Assembly: GCA_964619725.1 (NCBI GenBank)
Contig: CAZUFC010000132.1
Span: forward strand, 1 to 21,363
Reading direction: 5' to 3'
Source of the DNA: an uncultured bacterium
GTDB lineage: Bacteria; CSSED10-310; CAZUFC01
Length of the DNA stretch: 21,363 nucleotides
The notes under the pieces are model-generated. The model made no database searches and had not been told where the DNA came from. It was given only the letters and a program-made list of their open reading frames with translations. Below are positions 16,921-21,363 of this stretch, in pieces. A program made the position numbers and the translations under genes. Positions within the stretch are counted from its first letter, which is position 1. Every line of letters begins with the position of its first letter.

Positions 16921-18239
16921 CATGAGCGCAAGTTTGAAGGCTGCTTTTTCGTCAAACCCAGCCAATCATGCCAATTGTTAAATCAAAGAAAATCAGCAGA
17001 AAAAAACGATAGGTTAAGGATTCCATTGTTTACTGCTGACTTCCAGCGGATAGCCCCAGGGAAAAAAAACTTTTTTACGGGCTATTGTTTGTGTGAGCAA
17101 CCAAGCAGCCAAAAGCCCCAACAAATAAGCCTTAACGGCTTCATCATTCTTGTTGATCAGCTTTCTTGTTTTCGTTATGCTCTTGAATCGCTTGAATTCA
17201 AGTTCAATCTGCCGCCTCCACCGGTATGCATCAGCAATGACTTCCTTGCTTGCTTGACTCTCTGAAAGATCAGTGACGATGGTAACGAAAGCAGCCATGA
17301 AAATTGTTAGTTTTCTGGGAGTATGCCCTTTGCGCTTTGATTCAGCTCTGCTTTTCCTTCTGTCTCGTTGGATTATTTGATTATCTTTTTTGACCGCAAC
17401 AATTCGTACTTTGCATGGTTTGTCGCTTTTGGGACAGACCCATGCATGAAAATCTCTGATCTCTCTTTGTCGCATGTGACGCAATACCTTATAAGGATTT
17501 AAAGGTTTTTTTCCTTTTTCGTCTTCATACAAGGGTAAATTGTTCCAGGTAAAACGAACTATAAAAGACTGATCATTCTGTATTGCATATGATATTTGCG
17601 GCGGAGTTCCGTAAGCGCGATCACCCACTATAACCGATTTTTTTGAAAGCTTTCCGATATTCTTCAAGCTTTCACCAGTTCCCTTCCCTTTAAGCTTATT
17701 CAATTTCATACTCACAGGATTTCCGTTGGACCACATTAGCGTCATTATCCAGTCCCGCTTTTTTGAAGCTGGGAGACTGAATGTAGTCGCATCGACTACC
17801 ACAAGGTTGAGGTCGGTTTCAACAGGCTCAACAAATGACTTCATAATCTTATAACATAACCACAGCAGAAATGAGACAGATTTCTGCATACGTTGCCAAA
17901 GACTTGGTGCAGTGATCTTTGCTATATTTTGTCGATCCAACCATCTGGATATATCTTCGAGGGATTTATCCAAAACCGGATATGCAAATAGAACCCTGAG
18001 CCATGACTTGGCAGATTTGATTTCTCGTGCCCTGACGAAACATTTGGTTTCTGACATTTTTTCTTTCCATCCGCTGGGAAGCCAGGCCGTGAGTGTTTCC
18101 CAGCCGTCTTTTTTATCCACATTTATTGTTTCCTTGATCTTATCCGACATGCAGCAGATACCTCCTTCTAAAGTCATCCGTGCAAAATTATATATTGTCG
18201 AATAATGAAAACAAGGCTTATCCTAATACTATAGCCATG
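16921..18239 (-). mobile_element. IS4-family insertion sequence (ends tentative)
   Basis: Contains a DDE transposase. Candidate CAT-initiated ends are CATGAGCGCAAGTTTGAAGG (16921) and CATGGCTATAGTATTAGG (minus strand from 18239). They match only weakly and no target-site duplication is visible. Confidence 0.45.
17014..18150 (-). CDS. IS4-family DDE transposase (DDE_Tnp_1)
   Basis: Motifs VVDATT, GDRAYG and YRWRRQIELEFKRFK (IS4 Y-x2-R-x3-E signature followed by K). An AGGAGG RBS (18161-18166) favours ATG 18150 over 18177. Confidence 0.9.
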   Translation of the reverse strand: MSDKIKETINVDKKDGWETLTAWLPSGWKEKMSETKCFVRAREIKSAKSWLRVLFAYPVLDKSLEDISRWLDRQNIAKITAPSLWQRMQKSVSFLLWLCYKIMKSFVEPVETDLNLVVVDATTFSLPASKKRDWIMTLMWSNGNPVSMKLNKLKGKGTGESLKNIGKLSKKSVIVGDRAYGTPPQISYAIQNDQSFIVRFTWNNLPLYEDEKGKKPLNPYKVLRHMRQREIRDFHAWVCPKSDKPCKVRIVAVKKDNQIIQRDRRKSRAESKRKGHTPRKLTIFMAAFVTIVTDLSESQASKEVIADAYRWRRQIELEFKRFKSITKTRKLINKNDEAVKAYLLGLLAAWLLTQTIARKKVFFPWGYPLEVSSKQWNP

Positions 18240-18465
18240 CTTCCTGTGACCTTAGAAGATCGTTCAATGCCTGGTTTTTTTCAATAAACGGCGGATGCTG
18301 CCTTATGCTGCGGCTTTGCTCAACATAACGCTGCAATGCTTCCGTAGTCCTCCGGTCCGCTAGGCTTGAATTTGAAGGAATCTGAACGCTCTCGCTACCA
18401 TTTTGTATGAGAAATGCGGGTTAAAATTAATGTGTTCTGAGCGTTTCTTATATTTTCAGCAACGG

Positions 18466-18494
18466 TTGAATTTCTTTGCTGCGTTGAATATTAT
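18466..18494 (+). promoter_or_regulatory. Putative sigma70 promoter for the AlbA_2 gene
   Basis: TTGAAT (18466-18471), a 17-nt spacer, then TATTAT (18489-18494), just upstream of the GGAGG RBS at 18513-18517. Confidence 0.5.
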
Positions 18495-18522
18495 TTAAGG
18501 CGCTGACGGATTGGAGGAACTT

Positions 18523-19773
18523 ATGATGGAAGCTCCAGAAACATTATTGAAAAAGATACGTTTGGGGGAAGATTCCGCCTTGGAGCTTAAAGAGGTCCGC
18601 TTCAAAGGAGATAGAATAACAGGACCGTCACGGAACGATCTTGCCGATGAAATGGCTGCTTTCGCCAACAGCAATGACGGAATCATTCTGCTTGGAATCG
18701 AAGATCGAACCAGGGATATTACGGGCATTCCTTTGGAAAAGCTTGACAGCGTTGAGACTTACGTCCGGGAAATATGTAATGATGCCGTGACTCCTCCTCT
18801 GTCGGTAAAAATTTTAAGGATTGAATTGCCTGATAAAAAAGGACTCATGCGACCTTTGATCAAAATTGACGTGCCGCGAAGTCTTTTTGTGCACGAAAGT
18901 CCCGGCGGTTATTTTCGGCGGCTGGGCAGTTCCCGTCGTAAACTGCCCCCTGAATTGCTCGCCAGGCTTTTTCAACAGAGAAGCCAGGCCCGCATAATCC
19001 GTTTTGATGAACAGGCGGTTCCTGAAACTGGAATCGGCGATATGGCTGAGTATCTCTGGCGCCGTTTTTTACCGGAGAGAGAGAGAGACCACATTGCAGC
19101 GCTTCATAAAATGCGCCTGCTGACTCACGATGATGAAGAAATGGAACGCGCCACGGTCGCAGGAATATTAATGTGCAGCGAACATCCTGAACGTCATCTG
19201 CCCAATGCTTATATCGATGCTGTTCGTTACAGAGGTAATTCCAGAGATTCCGACCGACAGGTTTCTGCATCCCGCATATACGGACCTCTGGACCGGCAAA
19301 TTATGCTGACTATGGCGTTTGTAAAAGTCAACATGCGAACGGCAGCCGTAAAAAGACCCGGAAGAATCGATTTTCCTCAATTCAGTATTCGTGCGGTCTT
19401 CGAAGCCGTCGTCAATGCAGCGGCGCATCGCGATTATTCCATTCACGGTTCAAAGATAAGACTCTTCATGTATGACGATAGACTGGAACTGTTTTCACCG
19501 GGAACGCTTCCGAATACGATGACGATTGACAGTCTTCCGTTAAGGCAAGCCACGCGGAACGATCTTATAACAAGTTTACTCGCAAAATGCCCTGTTCCGG
19601 AAGAGGATTACGATTTCGGCCGACAATACCTCATGGACAGACGCGGCGAAGGAGTACCCGTTATTATGGAGGAAAGCGAGAAACTGTCGAAAAAAATTCC
19701 GGTTTATAAGCTGATCGACGAGAGTGAACTCCTGCTGACGATCTATTCCGCTGAATTGCCTAATCAGGATTGA
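18523..19773 (+). CDS. AlbA_2 (Schlafen-like) + HATPase_c_4 domain protein (often annotated 'ATP-dependent DNA helicase RecG C-terminal' or transcriptional regulator)
   Basis: N-terminal GEDSALELKE...EMAAFANSNDGIILLGIED. C-terminal EAVVNAAAHRDYS...DRLELFSPG...TRN...MDRRGEG. GGAGG precedes ATG 18523 (alternative ATG 18526). Confidence 0.88.
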   Translation: MMEAPETLLKKIRLGEDSALELKEVRFKGDRITGPSRNDLADEMAAFANSNDGIILLGIEDRTRDITGIPLEKLDSVETYVREICNDAVTPPLSVKILRIELPDKKGLMRPLIKIDVPRSLFVHESPGGYFRRLGSSRRKLPPELLARLFQQRSQARIIRFDEQAVPETGIGDMAEYLWRRFLPERERDHIAALHKMRLLTHDDEEMERATVAGILMCSEHPERHLPNAYIDAVRYRGNSRDSDRQVSASRIYGPLDRQIMLTMAFVKVNMRTAAVKRPGRIDFPQFSIRAVFEAVVNAAAHRDYSIHGSKIRLFMYDDRLELFSPGTLPNTMTIDSLPLRQATRNDLITSLLAKCPVPEEDYDFGRQYLMDRRGEGVPVIMEESEKLSKKIPVYKLIDESELLLTIYSAELPNQD

Positions 19774-19775
19774 TG

Positions 19776-19966
19776 ATGATATAATATCCCCATCCAGAAC
19801 CACGATAAGGCGAGAATACTCGAAACTGCACGTCCTCTCAGCGAGGTGTCGCTAATCGCAAGGACAACTGCGGCTATCCCTAAAATATAAGCGAAATCTG
19901 TGACGGCCATATAGCTGTATTATAGGTCTCAAAAACGTTAAAAAATTGTTCCACGGTAAAAGGCAT
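19776..19966 (-). pseudogene. Frameshifted, truncated DUF6064-like membrane protein fragment
   Basis: RBS AGAAGGA, then ATG 19966: MPFTVEQFFNVFETYNTAIWPSQI. Restoring one base at ~19895 continues the reading as FAYILGIAAVVLAISDTSLRGRAVSSILALSWFWMGILYH, after which it runs into the AlbA_2 gene end. The family call is from recall of the DUF6064 N-terminus. Confidence 0.7.
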
Positions 19967-20282
19967 GTGTTTCCTTCTTTCCTTTTGAATGTCAAAAATT
20001 TTCCGAAGAGTTGCGAATTATGAAAAAAAATTGAATTAAATCAATAGGTTAGTTTGTCCTTTTTAGGAGTTGTGAAATTTAGCTTACTAACCAATTCTCC
20101 TTATCCCTGTGAGTTTCTATCCACAGATGGCGATGTTCCTCTATTGCTGCGTCAGACTGCGGATATAAGTCAGTCAACGTATCAGAAACACGCCTCCTAT
20201 GCAAATCATTGCCTTTTTATGTATTGATCAAAAATGCGTCTTTTAATGTTAAAATTCGAAAGAACAGCTCATCATTTTGTTT

Positions 20283-20324
20283 CGATAGCGACCCCGACCC
20301 CGACCCCGATACCGAACCCGATTA
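20283..20324. repeat. Tandem CGAnnn hexamer repeat (7 units)
   Basis: CGATAG CGACCC CGACCC CGACCC CGATAC CGAACC CGATTA. Confidence 0.8.
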
Positions 20325-20812
20325 CTGAAACAAACCGTAAAAAGTTTTGAAAGAAGTGTAACCCCGGTCTGATCAGACCCCCTTTTTAGTATTAATAAAA
20401 AATCGTCACGCAAAGCGGGATTGATCAGAAAGCCTAAGCGCCTTTTCGCCATTGCATGCCGGGTTAGAAGTGGCTTGGAGACAGGGGCTGTTATCTGTTT
20501 AACTCACATTCATCCTGTTTTTTAAGATTGATACTGTGACGAAGGTCTGCTAAAATAACGAAGCTGATTCTTCTTTGGATTGGATCAAGAAATGACTTCG
20601 AGAAGGGTGAAAGAAACCCGATCGCTGCATATTGATACGATCTGGACGAACTGTCTCTTATAACGAAAAATCGGCATTACAATTGCTGGTATTGAGTAAA
20701 ATTAATATGCTGAGAGAGCGAAGCAGACAAGCCCTTAAGGAAGTGAAGACTTAAGAAGAATTGCTGCAAAAGAAAACTCTTAGAGCAGCAGGCGTCGACA
20801 ATTGGTTGGGTA

Positions 20813-21081
20813 ATGAACTCTGAAAGTAAATCGAAACCAATACGTCTTTCAGCTCACGCAGAAGGATATCTCAAAACTCGCGGTTTTACATATGCTGAGG
20901 TTTAGGCGGCAATTCGAAAGCAGGAATGGAAACCAGCGAGATCAAACAAATTCGAGTGCACAATGGAGCTGCCATACTGGAATGGAATGGAAAGTATTAT
21001 TCGATTAAAATGCTGCGTCCGATTTTCATTGAAGAAACCGCCGAAATCGTTGTCGTTACTGTTTACACATATTATTATTGA
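20813..21081 (+). pseudogene. DUF4258-like (BrnT/RelE-type) putative toxin pseudogene
   Basis: MNSESKSKPIRLSAHAEGYLKTRGFTYAEV*AAIRKQEWKPARSNKFECTMELPY, with an in-frame TAG at 20903-20905. After a frameshift near 20978 it reads EWNGKYYSIKMLRPIFIEETAEIVVVTVYTYYY*. The SxHA...RG...EV and IVVVTV motifs and the position upstream of DUF2283 support the call. Confidence 0.8.
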
Positions 21082-21093
21082 AAGAGGACCAAG

Positions 21094-21306
21094 ATGAGAA
21101 TCACCTATGATAAAGAAGTGGATGCTTTAAGGATTATTTTTCGCGACGTGACGGTCACGACCAGGGAACTCGGTGAGGGTATAGAGTTGGATATTGATGA
21201 GGAGGGCAAGCCCGCCGGCATCGAAATTCTTGATGCCCTGAAAAGATTCGGCGATCAGAACACCTTCAAAAAGGTGATTTTTGAAGGCATAGGTTTCGGT
21301 TTATAG
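21094..21306 (+). CDS. DUF2283 domain protein (putative antitoxin)
   Basis: MRITYDKEVDALRI...GIELDIDEEGKPAGIEILDA matches the YDxxxDALYI...GIEIL pattern. GAGGA RBS at 21084-21088. Confidence 0.88.
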   Translation: MRITYDKEVDALRIIFRDVTVTTRELGEGIELDIDEEGKPAGIEILDALKRFGDQNTFKKVIFEGIGFGL

Positions 21307-21308
21307 AT

Positions 21309-21363
21309 AGTGACTGTCCAGCATTAAAATTTGAATCGACAATCGAGTTTATGGACAGGCACT
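21309..21363. repeat. 55-bp MITE/REP-like palindromic element, copy 2
   Basis: AGTGACTGTCCAGCATTAAAATTTGAATCGACAATCGAGTTTATGGACAGGCACT. The terminal inverted repeat AGTGACTGTCCA/TGGACAGGCACT matches 11/12. It starts 2 nt after the DUF2283 stop and ends at the last base of the window. Confidence 0.85.

Noticed and set aside
16438..17265. Short ORFs between the giant gene and the transposase
   Set aside because: They run through REP-like hairpins, low-complexity sequence or the transposase antisense strand, with no recognisable products.
16846..18310. Perfect 11-bp inverted repeat CAGCATAAGGC (16846-16856) / GCCTTATGCTG (18300-18310) as the IS ends
   Set aside because: It does not extend inward and has no flanking target duplication. 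It remains a possible alternative to the tentative ends reported, and other IS copies are needed to decide.
18240..18424. Possible MITE or IS-end relic ending in TGAGAAATGCGGGTTA
   Set aside because: It looks like an element terminus, but no partner end is present in the window.
18523..19773. recG helicase call
   Set aside because: No SF2 helicase motifs are present. The label derives only from the HATPase_c_4 family name.
20560..20823. Possible degraded ORF ending ...LRAAGVDNWLGNEL*, overlapping the toxin pseudogene start
   Set aside because: It is interrupted by stops and I cannot assign a family. BLASTX is needed.
1..21363. Circular contig, prophage att sites, CRISPR repeat or integron attC explanation for the terminal 55-bp repeats
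   Set aside because: The copies differ at 2 positions and copy 1 starts at 12, so this is not an end overlap. There are no integrase, phage or cas genes, no spacer array, and no RYYYAAC/GTTRRRY cores.

Overview
Bacterial window in two parts. The left part (1-16.5 kb) holds two divergently transcribed secreted proteins. Both end in a Pro/Thr-rich stalk and an (I/V)PA + transmembrane helix + basic tail sorting signal (IPTL-CTERM-like). The first is a 471-aa protein built from four ~65-aa repeats I do not recognise (TADxTWNDHIY...D(F/Y)YDGLH). The second is a giant ~4,790-aa protein made of five tandem ~735-aa modules (10 FG-GAP/VCBS-type DxDxDG repeats + an FN3-like domain + a PT linker), followed by CARDB, Ig-like and carboxypeptidase-regulatory-like domains. 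The right part (16.5-21.4 kb) is a decaying accessory region: REP-like hairpins, an IS4-family transposase, an AlbA_2 (Schlafen)/HATPase_c_4 gene, a frameshifted and truncated DUF6064-like gene, and a DUF4258-like toxin pseudogene with an intact DUF2283 partner. The window is bracketed by two direct copies (53/55 identical) of a 55-bp hairpin-forming MITE-like element. All family assignments come from motif recognition by eye; no searches were run.
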